From Sphaerodactylus townsendi (taxonomy: Eukaryota), in NCBI RefSeq assembly GCF_021028975.2, contig NC_059425.1:27714001-27778000 (forward strand): a stretch of DNA of 64,000 nt, written 5' to 3'. Numbering within the stretch: the first letter of the stretch is position 1; each line of letters opens with the position of its first letter. The notes under the pieces are model-generated. The model saw nothing but the letters and a program-made list of their open reading frames with translations. It searched no databases and was not told the origin of the DNA. Position numbers and translations under genes: made by a program. Shown here piece by piece: positions 23,392 to 35,230 of this stretch.

Positions 23392-25036
23392 ACAGCCACA
23401 GCCGGGGACACGCAGGAGCTTCACGCCCTGCAGGGCACCCGGGAGTGCACAGGCAGGCAGGCTTCCAGTTCCCGGGAGGAAACGTCTTCGGCTGGCAGGA
23501 GGTCAGGGAGTCAGTTGCCTCCCTTCTGCCCTTTTGGGTGATCCACCGGCACTTGCAGCTTGTCAGATTTGCAAGGAACTGGGCCAGAAAGGACAGTGCC
23601 TGGCTGCTCACTTCCTGATGTCCACACTAGGATCTCTAGGGAGCTAATACCTCATAAGCAGGGAGCCAGGGGGCTTCCAGACAGCACCCCAAAACAGTGA
23701 TTAAAAGGCTGGTGCTGAAACAGGGACAGGACCTGCCCAGGGCGGCTCTCTGTGGAAACTGCCCTGCTTCAGAGTAGCACATCTCAATGTTTTGTACAGA
23801 AAATAGTATTATATTGGGGGAGAGGAGCTCCACAGTATTAAGCCAACAGCTATTCTGTCATGCTCAGCTGAGAATTCCAAGCCTCTTCGTTTTATTCTGA
23901 AGAGCAAAACTTGAACGTGGCCACCTGGATCATCCCACTGGGGACCTGGAGTCCCTGCAAAGGCACTGGCAACACCTAGCCTGTTGTGCCAAACTCCTTC
24001 GTAAATATGATGCAAACCCCAGCAAAATGTAGTTGTTGCTGGAACAGCCTGTTGTGTTTCGTAAGCGTCTGACTTCTGCACATATATACACCTTCTTGTA
24101 GACTAAATTGCCGTGTCTTCTGGTTATACAGTTAGGTATCACCACAAGTACCCAGAACAAAAATTAAGGATTTGGATTTAAGGATCGGGTGGTAGGTGAT
24201 GGGAAAATTCCTCTGCTTGAAGAACTGGAGAGCAGCTGCCAGCCACAGTAGACAATACTGACCTTGCCCTGTCTATGGTGTGACTCACCGTAAGGCAGCT
24301 CCAAATGTCCAGATCTAGCACAGATTCCTCATCAAGACTTTCAAAGCCCAGCATGGCCTCTTTATCTCTCCTGTCCCAATAGCTCCCTTCAAACCCCTGA
24401 GTAACAGTCCACATGCATCAATCTTGCTTATCATAACTGGAGGAGACATCTCAAGACTACCTAGAACAGCCGCGTAACTGGCTCAAGATTCCCAGACTGA
24501 TGCTGCCCCTGCCTCAAAGAATGAATCCCCACCATTTATTTCCCTTGGTAGCCACTCCTTTTTACAAGCATGAGTATTTTGCTTCCAGAAGCTTTGATTC
24601 TATGCCTTGGCAGTTTCTGTAGTGGGTGAAATCACTGGTCGTTTGTCTTTTTAACAGATGCTGATAAAATATTCAGAGGTCTCTCCATACTCTTGTTTTC
24701 GGGCGACTTATGTGCAGTCCCGCCTCCACATACCACAAACCGTTCCAAACTATCCTCAGGAGCTCCCCGACTTGTTCCCATTTGCATAAAAGGGCAGGCA
24801 AACATCCCTTCTCTTTGCAGATTGGCCCAGTACCAAGCAGAAGAGGGACACAATTAAAATTCAGACATATCGATGATGGTCCTGAAAGATGCAGTTGTAC
24901 CCCAGAGACAACATGTGCTGTCACAGTGAGCATCCCGAGGGAATCCTTTGTAGTACTAATGTGCAGCCAAGATGCTCTTGTTCCGTGTCACTATTCCCAC
25001 TTTCCAGTGTAGCAACCCCTAACCATTTGGCATAGG

Positions 25037-25554
25037 CAGAGGTGGGATCCAGCAGGTTCTCACCAGTTCCCGAGAGTGGGTTACTAATTATTTGTGTGTG
25101 CCGAGAGAGGGTTACTAATTGGGTCCGCTTTTCCATCTCCATGCCCTTGCCTCCCTGAGAGGCATACTGCCTTTGAACGTGAAGGTTCCATATAGCAATT
25201 GCGACTAATAATGTAGCTCCCTGAACTGGGTTAATCCCTTTCAGGTTCTGCAATTCATTGATTCTCAGCCTTTCGTACCTTTTATCTCACCAGTCTCTAT
25301 CAAAGAACCTGTGTGTTTCACCATTGCTGTGTTCAGATTTGTGAGTTGGGGCATTTTCTATAATGTGATGATGATTTAGAAATGACCTGGTGCAAAAAAA
25401 ATTTGGGGGGTCGTGGTGGGGTGGCTGCCCATGGGGGGGGCATCCAACTCAGGTTTTGCCCAGGTCTCAGGTTTGCCTAGGTACGCCTCTGCCCCCTTTG
25501 CTGAGGGGGGCTGGTGAGGGAACCTGTTACTAAATTTTTTGGATCCCACCACTG
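25037..25554. mobile_element. Non-autonomous hAT transposon (same ends as 1033-1424)
   Basis: Same TIRs and subterminal sequence; perfect 8-bp TSD ggcatagg. Confidence 0.9.
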
Positions 25555-26438
25555 GGCATAGGAGATCGTTTCCACCCCATGTCCAGGTTCCCAGGTTCCT
25601 ATCCCAAACCCACCACACCACCCCTTGCATCCAATGGGCTCCAACTGAGGTAAAATGGAAAAATTTCCAGGAGGGTATTGGAAATGCACATTCCACATTC
25701 TGCAGTTGCATTTAGGAGATGGTGTTGTGCTTCAGAACAGCCCCAGGGGAGGGTCTTTGGTTCAATGGTACAGCATCTGTTTTGCCTGCAGATGGAGCAG
25801 AAGGTCCCATGTCCAATCTCTGCCACCTCAAGTTTAACAAAGACTCAGGTAGGAGATGATAGGGAAGATTTTCATCTGACCTTGCCAGTGCCAGGTAGGG
25901 TCAAAGGTCCTCCTGATTCAGTAAAAGGCAGCCTCACGTGTCCTTGTTCTAAGAAGTTTGCATGCAGTGTGCAGTTCTATTTCTCTACCCCTATTGCCAT
26001 CCAATTATTTTTTAAAAGACGTTGAAATTTACTAGAAAAAAATCTGCCATCTTTAATGGCATCCATAATCTGAGTCTTCCGCTTCGGTCATGGTAAAGCA
26101 GCCTGTACTTCTGTGACCCTTGCTGGTCTGAAACAATTGATGAGCCTGTCTCACGTATATTTGTGCTTCCAGCTGCTAGAACTATGCGTCAAAGGTGTTT
26201 CAGAGCCGGTGTATTGTGACGGTTAGACAATTGGACTAGTGATTAAGGAGGCCTGGGTTCAAAATCCCACTCAGTCATGAAACTCACTAATAGAGCCATC
26301 ATGGTGTAGTGGTTAGGAGCAGGTGGATTCTAATCTGGAGAACCAGGTTTGATTCCCCACTCCTCCATTCGAGTGGCAGAGGCTTGGTGAACCAGATGTG
26401 TTTCTGCACTCCTACATTCTTTACAGGAGAGAAAGGTG

Positions 26439-26655
26439 NNNNNNNNNNNNNNNNNNNNNNNNNNNNNNNNNNNNNNNNNNNNNNNNNNNNNNNNNNNNNN
26501 NNNNNNNNNNNNNNNNNNNNNNNNNNNNNNNNNNNNNNNNNNNNNNNNNNNNNNNNNNNNNNNNNNNNNNNNNNNNNNNNNNNNNNNNNNNNNNNNNNNN
26601 NNNNNNNNNNNNNNNNNNNNNNNNNNNNNNNNNNNNNNNNNNNNNNNNNNNNNNN
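26439..26655. other. Assembly gap (N run)
   Basis: 217 N. Confidence 1.
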
Positions 26656-27391
26656 AGTAAACAATTGAAAAATCTAAGTAGGATTCTGCACAGATCTGCT
26701 TAGATGGTGCTGTAAGTGACCGTGCTCCAGTCACTCTATTTTAACCTAACTTGCCTTGCAGGACTGTTGTACTGATAAAATGGAGGAGAGATCCATACAT
26801 GTCATTTTGAATTTCTTGAGGAGTTGGTTTTTATGCCTCACTTTTCTATAAAGGGAACAGAATTGTACCTCAACAGTACAGTCCTATAAAGAGCTATACT
26901 TTTCTATGTCCATTGACTTCAGTGGAGCTAGAAGAGTGTAACTGTGCTTAGGAATGCACTATGAATGTCTGAAAAATTCAAGCAGCTTATTAGACTCTCA
27001 CTTACTTACTTAAATATTGATGTTGCTTAAATAGTCAAAAGGCCACAAGGAGCATCACGCTAATATAATCCCCAAAATTAACCCCTTTTGCAATTGATTA
27101 CCACTCACAAAAATGTAGCTACTAAATAATGTGTTTTTATTATCTTTGTCAGATAATAGCCACTGAATTAAGATTTGTGAGGAAAGATGGGATTTATAAG
27201 AGAAATGTTGCCCTAAATATTTCTGCCTCAGATCACCCCAACAGCAGAGCAACAAACTGTGTTGTAGAGTCTCTGTATGGCCATTCCCACATTCACAACT
27301 TTTATCTGATTAAGGAATGCCTGCAAAAATGCCATTTGGTGACCCTAGATGGAAACATGTTCAGCCTAGCTAACACGAATGCTCTTCTTGG

Positions 27392-27590
27392 TATGGCTAC
27401 CAATCTTGATCCTCCTTGATCTGAGATTGCAAAGGCCTTAGCAGACCAGGTGCTCGGGAGCAGCAGCAGAAGGCCATTGCTTTCACATCCTGCACGTGAG
27501 CTCCCAAAGGCATCTGGTGGGCCACTGTGAGTAGCAGAGTGCTGGACTAGATGGACTCTAGTCTGATCCAGCAGGCTTGTTCTTATGTTC
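27392..27590 (+). mobile_element. CR1 3' UTR fragment
   Basis: Near-identical to 2036-2242. Confidence 0.9.
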
Positions 27591-28245
27591 CTGTATTGAT
27601 GTGCTGTTAAATTCAAGACATATTGTGGAATGGAATTAGAGGAGATCAAGCCATAAATGGCAACTGAGCAAACTCACCAAAACCACTCCTGTTTAATGCT
27701 GGAGCAAGAGATGTCACCATTGATTTGATTTCATTCATCTTGTACGCTTTTCTGAGATTAAAACCCAACATCTGCAATCTATTTACAGTAACCTTCCCCC
27801 CCCCCCCCAAGAGGACACAAATTGATCTTTTCTAATAAGGCTTATAAACCCATCTTTAGACACACGCATCTTACAGTATAGTGAAAAGTCATTTTGCCAC
27901 GCAAGGGCCTCCAGGGATTTCTGACCTAATTCCACTCTGAGAGCTACGCTGAAAACTCAGTTTGGCATCCCCACAACAGAAGGGAGCAATTGCATTAAGA
28001 ATTAATCAATTCCTTCACCTTCCACATCAATCGAGACTCAAGTAACATACAATAATTGGGGAGGGGGGAGAGATCACCTTGGCTATTGCACTGTTAGTTT
28101 TGTATTACACTATTTTTGCTGCAGTGTTTAAAATTGTGGTAATCTCCCTTGAGTTTCAGCACCACCCAATGAACACTCCCCAAAGACTGTTGTGCTCTAC
28201 TGGAAACAGCATATTGGTAATCTCTGACCCAAAAAACATCTAGCT

Positions 28246-28320
28246 CAGGGGTGTCCAACTCTGGCACTTCAGATAGTCATAGACTACAATTCCCATCAGC
28301 CCCTGCTGGCTTCACCCCTG
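28246..28320. mobile_element. hAT MITE, right arm mostly deleted
   Basis: caggggtg..cacccctg with perfect 8-bp TSD atctagct. Confidence 0.85.
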
Positions 28321-28373
28321 ATCTAGCTGTGCTTGACCAGAGCCAGGAATTTTTGGGCCTAGCCTGGTGGAAC

Positions 28374-28573
28374 TTGATCCTCCTTGACCTCCTTGATCTG
28401 AGATTGCAAAGGCCTTAGCAGACCAGGTGCTCAGGAACAGCAGCAGCAGAAGGCCATTGCTTTCACATCCTGCACGTGAGCTCCCAAAGGCACCTGGTGG
28501 GCCACTGCGAGTAGCAGAGTGCTGGACTAGGTGGACTCTGGTCTGATCCAGCAGGCTAGTTCTTATGTTCTTA
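28374..28573 (+). mobile_element. CR1 3' UTR fragment
   Basis: Near-identical to 27392-27590, ttcttatgttctta tail. Confidence 0.9.
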
Positions 28574-29463
28574 ACTCTGTCAAATGAGACCAGAGCCCTG
28601 TAGGATTTACCTCAGTTCTGCCTGTAAGACAGAGATGTTCTGCCTGTAAGACAGAGATGTTCTGCCAGGCCTAAGGTTGAGATGGTCTTACATCAATTGC
28701 CCTCCCTTGCTGGACCCTATTAGAGTTATACATCTCCCGATGATGGCATTGTCTCTGAGAAAATTTCACCCACAGAAGGATGATTTCCCCTTTAGGTGGG
28801 TTACAACAGTGTAAAGAGGGAATTTATTGATTAGTGCCCCATTCCTTGTTGCTTAGGTTTTTAAAAAAATATTTAATACAAATATATGAGTAGGTTTTAC
28901 AGTTTTATATAATTTTATATAACTGCACGGTTAGCAGCCCTGAGCCTGATCTCATCAGGAAATTGTGGGATACAAACCAATCAATCAAACAAATAAATAA
29001 GACTATAAATGAAGCTATTATTATCAGTGCAAGTAGCAGCATTAATAACAATAGTAATAATAATAATAAAGAGAAGGTCCACAATTTACATGTGTATCTC
29101 CCCTAGCCAGATGGCAGAGAGAGGGGGCGGAGAGAAGCAGGTTGGTGTCATAGGCTCAAATTCAATCCAAACTCCAGACTCCCCTTCATCCACTGGGCAG
29201 GAAAACGAATAATACTTCAGTCCTATCAGGTTTGGAAGGCCATGAAGTGCTCACCCGTGCACGGTGAGCATCACCAGTTCCTGAAAGGCAGCAAGGAGGA
29301 CACGCTCCATTCTGCTTCAACGGGCAGAGTTCAGCTTTTGCCCTGACTGCGCATCTCCTCTGAGTGCAAGGCAGAGTGCATGATCCAAGCCAAGCAATTG
29401 GCACAAGTTGGAGGTTTGCTCCAGCGGCAAGACTGTGAATCGGCAATTCTCAAGACTTGGTAT

Positions 29464-29887
29464 CAGAGACGTAGCTAGGCCAGAGTGCATCCGGTGCACA
29501 CTCTGGCTTTTTGGCCCCCTCATCAAGAAGATCTGTTTCTTTAAAGCAAAGGAGCAGTGCAGTTGGAGAAGAGAGCCTGTTTCAGCCCTTTCCAGGGCTG
29601 CAGTCGACCTGGTGGGAACTACATTTCCCAGAGTCTCCTGGGGAATGTAGTTCCCACCAGGCTGTTTGCAGCCTGAAAGGGAACACAGGCAGGCCTCCTT
29701 TCTAGCCTGCTCCATTTGTTAAAGTAAGTGTGTGTTGTGGCATCGTGGGGGGGGGGGTGAGTTGAGGGGCTGACCAATGAGGGGGGAAGAGGGAGGGGTA
29801 GGGGGAATTTTCTGCCCCCCACGTGACCCAAAGCCGTGCGCCTGGTGCATGGCGCACCACCCCAATCCCCTGGTAGCCCCGCCACTG
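29464..29887. mobile_element. Older hAT-type non-autonomous element with internal palindrome
   Basis: Ends cagagacgtagcta / tagccccgccactg; TSD cttggtat/cttggtgt; internal hairpin 29586-29681. Confidence 0.7.
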
Positions 29888-30009
29888 CTTGGTGTAGTTT
29901 GAATTGAGGGACATATCTCAAGTCTTGTCAAATCTGGAGTGCCTACTAAGTACCTGAAAATTTTCCATTCCCTGCCCTGACCTCCTCTGCCTTTTCTTCT
30001 TGGTTGCAG

Positions 30010-30125
30010 ATAGACCTCCTCCCCCCGTCAATGTAACTGTCACACAGCTCAAAGCAAATTCAGCAACTGTCTCCTGGGATGTCCCCGAGGGAGATGTCAT
30101 TATCGGCTATGCCATCTTACAGCAG
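30010..30125 (+). CDS. FNDC4: FNDC4 coding exon 2 (FN3 domain start)
   Basis: cag|..|gtaagt; (N)RPPPPVNVTVTQLKANSATVSWDVPEGDVIIGYAILQQ. Confidence 0.97.
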
Positions 30126-30355
30126 GTAAGTCTGAGACGAGCGTCACTGGTCTTTGGCTTGCACAGCATTGGCCCTTTAGGCCCCTACCTCTCTGGGCTC
30201 CCTATTTCTCCATGGCAGGACCCTGAAATCCCTGGGAGAAATCCCCCCAAACCAGGCCTCCGGTGGAAGGCTAGGAGTGGCTCCTTTTCTCCATATGGAG
30301 AGTGGCTTGCCCCTAGCCTGGCTGGCCCCTCTGATCACCTCCCTGGTTCTGGCAG

Positions 30356-30560
30356 CGGCAAGACGGACAGATGCAAAGATTCATCCGAGAGGTGAACACC
30401 ACGAACCGGGCCTGTGTGCTGTGGGACCTGGCGGAGGATGCAGACTACATCATACAAGTACAGAGTGTCGGTCTCTATGGAGAAAGCCAAGCCAGCAAGA
30501 GAGTCCATTTCCGCACCCTGAAGCAGAGCGATCGCCTCCCATCTAACAGCTCCAACCAGG
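30356..30560 (+). CDS. FNDC4: FNDC4 coding exon 3
   Basis: cag|..|gtagg; RQDGQMQRFIREVNTTNRACVLWDLAEDADYIIQVQSVGLYGESQASKRVHFRTLKQSDRLPSNSSNQ. Confidence 0.97.
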
Positions 30561-30728
30561 GTAGGCAGAGCAGAAAAAAAAAGATTCTGTCCCCTTCCCC
30601 TTTGTCTCCTCCCCAACCTGGCTGCTGTTCTTTGGAGACCTACTTTGAGCATGCAGTAAGTTTGACTTCTGAGGCGGTTCTCAGTGTGGTGGATCAGTAT
30701 CTGTAAATACATCCGTCTCACTCTATGG

Positions 30729-30915
30729 CAGTGGTTCTCAACCTGTAGGTCGGGACCCCTTTGTGGGGTCGAACGACCCTTTCTCAGGGGTCACCTAAGA
30801 CTCTCTGCATCAGTGTTCTCCATCTGTAAAATGGATAAATGTTAGGGTTGGGGGTCACCACAACATGAGGAACTGTATTAAAGGGTCCCGGCATTAGGAA
30901 GGTTGAGAACCACTG
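30729..30915. mobile_element. SPIN (Space Invaders) hAT MITE, URR1-like
   Basis: cagtggttctcaacct.. and ..ggtcaccacaacatgaggaactgtattaaagggtcccggcattaggaaggttgagaaccactg; perfect TSD ctctatgg. Confidence 0.88.
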
Positions 30916-31052
30916 CTCTATGGCATATCTCCTATTAATCCCTGGACCCATCCTGATAGGGAATAAAATCTTGAACTGCCTCCTCCTGGGGCCAGGTCTA
31001 TCATGACCTGGCAGCAATCAAGCAAGATGACGGAGAGGGTGGAGATGAGGGA

Positions 31053-31215
31053 GGGACCATGGCTCAGAGGCAGAGAATCTGTTTGGCATGCAGAAGGTCA
31101 CAGGTTCGATTCTTGGCATGGATCAGGTAACAGGCGACATGAACGATCTGTGCCTTAAATTCTGGAGAATCTATACCGGTCAGTTGATGATAGTGACCTT
31201 GACAGCTAGTCAGTA
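31053..31215 (+). mobile_element. tRNA-derived SINE with CR1-like tail
   Basis: tggctcagaggcagag..caggttcgattcttggc head; related copies about 17251-17460, 38690-38865 (-), 44555-44735. Confidence 0.65.
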
Positions 31216-31383
31216 CAAGGGAGGGAGGGAGGGAGGGGTGCTGTTTTTCCAAGTGTGTGAATATTTTGTGCCCCGTCCCCCTCCAAGCTTCAGAACTGAG
31301 CACCAGAATGGTAAATAAGTTTCACAAGTGAACTTCAGCGAGTCTTAGCTCCATCTCAGCCATGTGTCTTTGCATCCATACAG

Positions 31384-31473
31384 GAGACATCACTGTGGAG
31401 GGGTTGGACAAAGAACGCCAGTTGCAGACAGGGGAGATTATCATCATTGTGGTGGTGCTGCTCATGTGGGCAG
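31384..31473 (+). CDS. FNDC4: FNDC4 coding exon 4 (transmembrane start)
   Basis: cag|..|gtgagt; GDITVEGLDKERQLQTGEIIIIVVVLLMWA. Confidence 0.96.
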
Positions 31474-31724
31474 GTGAGTTAGCTGGACAGCTGTTCTCCA
31501 CACTATAGAGATGAACTTCCCCAAAGGGAGTGGCAGCTTGGGAGACCGGGAGAGAAGGGACTATCTTGGATAACATCCCAAGCTCCCTTCCCTCCCCCAA
31601 ACTCAACACTCCCCAGCTATCACCCCCAGATCTTCAGGAATTTCTCAAGCCAGAGTTGGCAACCCTAACTGTAGTGGGCCACAGCCTATCCAATCACTCA
31701 CTTTTCTGCTTTTCTGGTGCTGAA

Positions 31725-32100
31725 GCAATCAAGGTATTAGAATTGGCTGAAATGACCAAGTTAACTTTGCTACTTAAAGTAAAGAACTTAAGTTCATGGA
31801 CCACCGGAAACCCTTGATAGAATGTCTAGATAAAATAGAAGAAAAACCCCCAACAAATTGATGACTAGTGTTTTTGAAGATTAAGAATTGTTAAATTAAG
31901 ATCTAATAGAGAAAAGTGAGACATTTATTAGTAATGATGCTAAAGATTTAATTTCATTTTGATGCTTAATGATCAAGTGCTGAAAGTGAAGGGTTTAAAA
32001 GGGTTAATATTTGGTGTAGAAGAAACTGGAAGTTTATATAAAATAAATACTGTATAATTTGGTGAACTTCTGTTTTTGTGCATGACTTTGATTTCGAAGT
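31725..32100 (+). mobile_element. L1/Tx1-type LINE 3' relic
   Basis: KVLELAEMTKLTLLLK followed by AT-rich 3' UTR-like sequence. Confidence 0.5.
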
Positions 32101-32313
32101 ACAACTTGTGTTTTTTTATAAAAAGCACGTAGCGGGTGTTTAGAAGCCTCTTGCGCACAGGGCACCAAGTTTGCAGGCAGGCGCAAATATGGCGGATCCT
32201 CTGATAAGAGGCTGAGAAGAGAGATGATTGGGGGGAGGTAACAATTAGCCAGGCAAGGTAGTTAAGCGATGCTGTCTTTTTCTCCCCCACCCACCTCTCT
32301 GGTGACATCCTAG

Positions 32314-32447
32314 CGGTCATTGCGCTCTTTTGCAAACAATATGACATCATCAAGGACAACGATTCCAACAATAACAAGGAGAAGACCAAGCCTTCTTCAG
32401 AACACAGCACTCCAGAGCGGCCCACCGGGGGCCTCCTGCGCAGCAAG
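32314..32447 (+). CDS. FNDC4: FNDC4 coding exon 5 (TM end, cytoplasmic tail)
   Basis: tag|..|gtgagt; AVIALFCKQYDIIKDNDSNNNKEKTKPSSEHSTPERPTGGLLRSK. Confidence 0.96.
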
Positions 32448-32694
32448 GTGAGTGTGCCCCCAGGGGTGGAGAGGGGCGGACAAAGGCTAGATTGGGCAGT
32501 ATGAAGCAGAAGCACTGCCCTGCACACAATACTTATTTTTTGTTGAAGGAATACTTATTCTTTATTTACACAATTTATATTCCAGCTTCTCACCCAGTCA
32601 GGGCCCTCAAGGTGGCTAATGAATAAGAACAAAACTTTATGAAAACACATCCTTAAAACCATTAAAATCCAAACTAAAATATGCATGTGTGTAA

Positions 32695-35230
32695 GTGCTG
32701 TCAAGTCACGTCCAACTGATGGGGACTCTATGAACTAATGTCCTCCAAAATGTCCTATCATTAAAAAAAATTCTTTGAAGGAATTTGTCATCCTTTCATC
32801 TCTTCTGCATAGTTCTTCCGTGTATGGTTCCCAACTTTTCTTTAATTTATCTGTTGAGTTACTATATTTCCATGGCTGATTACGCAGCAGCCACTGCATG
32901 CCAGCATCTAAGGCCTGAAAATGAAGAAAACTTGTACCAACAGGCTACAATAATGATTTCAAAGAATTAGTTCTCCCACTGGAGTAGCAATTTCCTTGTA
33001 AGTAACCAAAATAATTTTACAGTTTTACAAACAGTGACAAAATGTTTTGGAAAAATTGTTTACATTCTCCCATTGGAGTAATATATATAAACACAAGTTA
33101 GAACGGCACGGCACTGTAATCTAAATATAAATATAACAGCTAGCCAGATTCTAGATAATTAACTAACTGGCCTCGTTAAACTTCACGGCTGTTAAAGGCA
33201 GATCAGGGTTTTTCAAAGTACTATAATGGTTACAATCAGGGAGGACAACGCTCTGCAATTGGTTTATTCTCATGCCTCTCGAAATGTCCTAGGAAAACCC
33301 TGATCTGCCTTTAACAGCTGTGAAGTTTAATGAGGCCAGTTAGTTACAATTTTTCCAAAACATTTTGTTACTGTTTGTAAAATTGTAAAATTATTTTGGT
33401 TACTTACAAGGAAATTGCTACTCCAGTGGGAGAACTAATGTTTTGAAATCATTATTGTAGCCTGTTGGTACAAGTTTTCTTCATTTTCACCTTGGTGTGT
33501 ACCTTCCCCTTTTGCATAGCATGGAAGCATCTAAGGTCTGGCATGGCAAACTTCTGTGTACTGACGTCCAAGGAAGTTTCCGCATGCAGGGAGTGCATGG
33601 CAAACTTTCTTGTACCAACGTGCAAAGAAGTTGCCATGCGCCTCCTGTTTATGCTCTCAGCTTTCCTTGTGGAAAGCAAGAACACTTCAGGCATGTGCCT
33701 GATGCCAGGGTGGGGCAGAGAAGAGGTAAGCTCTTCCTTCCATAATTGGCCCATGTTGACCTTTCAGCATGTCTAACTGTGCTTTGGATCTCTCTTTGAT
33801 TTCTTTGGTCTTATGGAATAGATCTCTCATTCTTCTTTTTGTTGTTGTTCTCTTCTATTTCTTTTCACTGGTTATTATAGACTATCTCTATATGCTAGTA
33901 ACTGGAAAACTATAGACTTTTGATTGTCACTTTTTACTTTTGCTTCTCATCTTTAGCCATTTTAAGAGATTCCTCAGTCATCCATCAAGGCTTTCATTTC
34001 TTTGGGCTACGGGAATAGTCTTTGCGCATTCTTCCGTGATAAAATCTCTAGTTTCAAACCATGGTTCTTCTGGTTTACATTCTCTTGAACTTGAATGCAA
34101 ATCTGTTCTTTCCATGGTGTTTAAACTCTTTTGGAATGGGTCTGAGATTCTGTTTTGGCACTATGAATGTTCTGGTGTTTTTCTTCAGCTTTAATCTAAT
34201 TTTCAATATTAACAGTTCATCACAGTTGGCTCCTGGTCTTGTTTTAGCAGAGAGACTAGAGCTGCTCCAGCTTCTGCTTCCAATTATGCAATCTATTTGA
34301 TTTCTGTATTGGCTATCCAGTGATGTCCATACATACAATCATCTATTTGGTTGCCTATATTTCATGCTCCTAGCCCAAATCTGGCAACAATACTTGGTTC
34401 TGCTTTGTTTCCTTCTTTAGTATCCCTCTCACCTATGATTATGATCATCTTATTGAGGTGTGTGATCAATTTCTTTCTTATCAGCATCTCTATTTGGGGT
34501 ATAAACTTGAATGATGGTTATGTTGATAGTCTTTTCCTGAAGTCTAATTGACATTATTTGGTCAGACTGTGCATTATAACTCCTGACAGCCTGTGCTACA
34601 TCTCACATCACTATTAAAGCAACTCTGTTTCTTCTGTTTTTGTTATTCCTCAAGTAAAACACTTGGTAATTTTCTGACTAAAAATATCCTAATCTAGTCC
34701 ACTTTAGCTCATTCATTCCCATGACTGAAATATTTAAACAGTTTACAGTTTCAAGCTTACTTTGATACATTCTTCTCACGTTCCGTTGTTCATATTATAT
34801 GCGTCAAACCATTTTGGACTTTCCTTTTACTTCCATTCATGTCAACAACTGAATGTTCTTTTGGCTTTAGTACAGTCACATAATTAAGAACAGCATTACT
34901 CTTATTTGTCATCCGCTCTTCCTCAGTAGCTGATTGAGTGCCATCTGACCTGGGAGTACCATCTTTTGAGCACTGTATCTTTTTTTCATTTTGGATTGTC
35001 TCATCATAGGGTTTTGGAGTTTGGTCAGAAGTGGCTTAGCATTCTGCGCTGTAGTAACCAGGATTAGCTGTAGGGGTACTGCCGTTGTCTACGAAAGATC
35101 CTCCACCAGTGTCACCTTCCACTACTGCTACCGCTTAGTAGCTTCCCTTCAGGGATTCCTCCACCCGCATCACCATTGGAACTGCCTGTTCTCTTCTGCT
35201 GATGTAACCATTGATCCCTGAAGGGGGTGG
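32695..35230 (-). mobile_element. Degenerate RTE/BovB-like LINE, interrupted by nested insertions
   Basis: ORF 34075-34338 YVWTSLDSQYRNQIDCII..SAKTRPGANC..KIRLKLKK matches the RTE endonuclease; RTE-like 3' end near 32695. Confidence 0.75.
32916..33489. mobile_element. Unclassified foldback element with about 200-bp inverted arms
   Basis: 32916-33059 + 33160-33214 are the reverse complement of 33293-33489 with few mismatches. Confidence 0.85.

Noticed and set aside
22087-23424. 445-aa minus-strand ORF and other long overlapping ORFs
   Set aside because: GC-rich CpG island with few stop codons; low-complexity Arg/Ala/Gly/Pro translation, antisense to the real FNDC4 exon, and partly made of a Penelope remnant.
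20139-26734. ORFs containing long X runs
   Set aside because: Artefacts of reading through assembly gaps.
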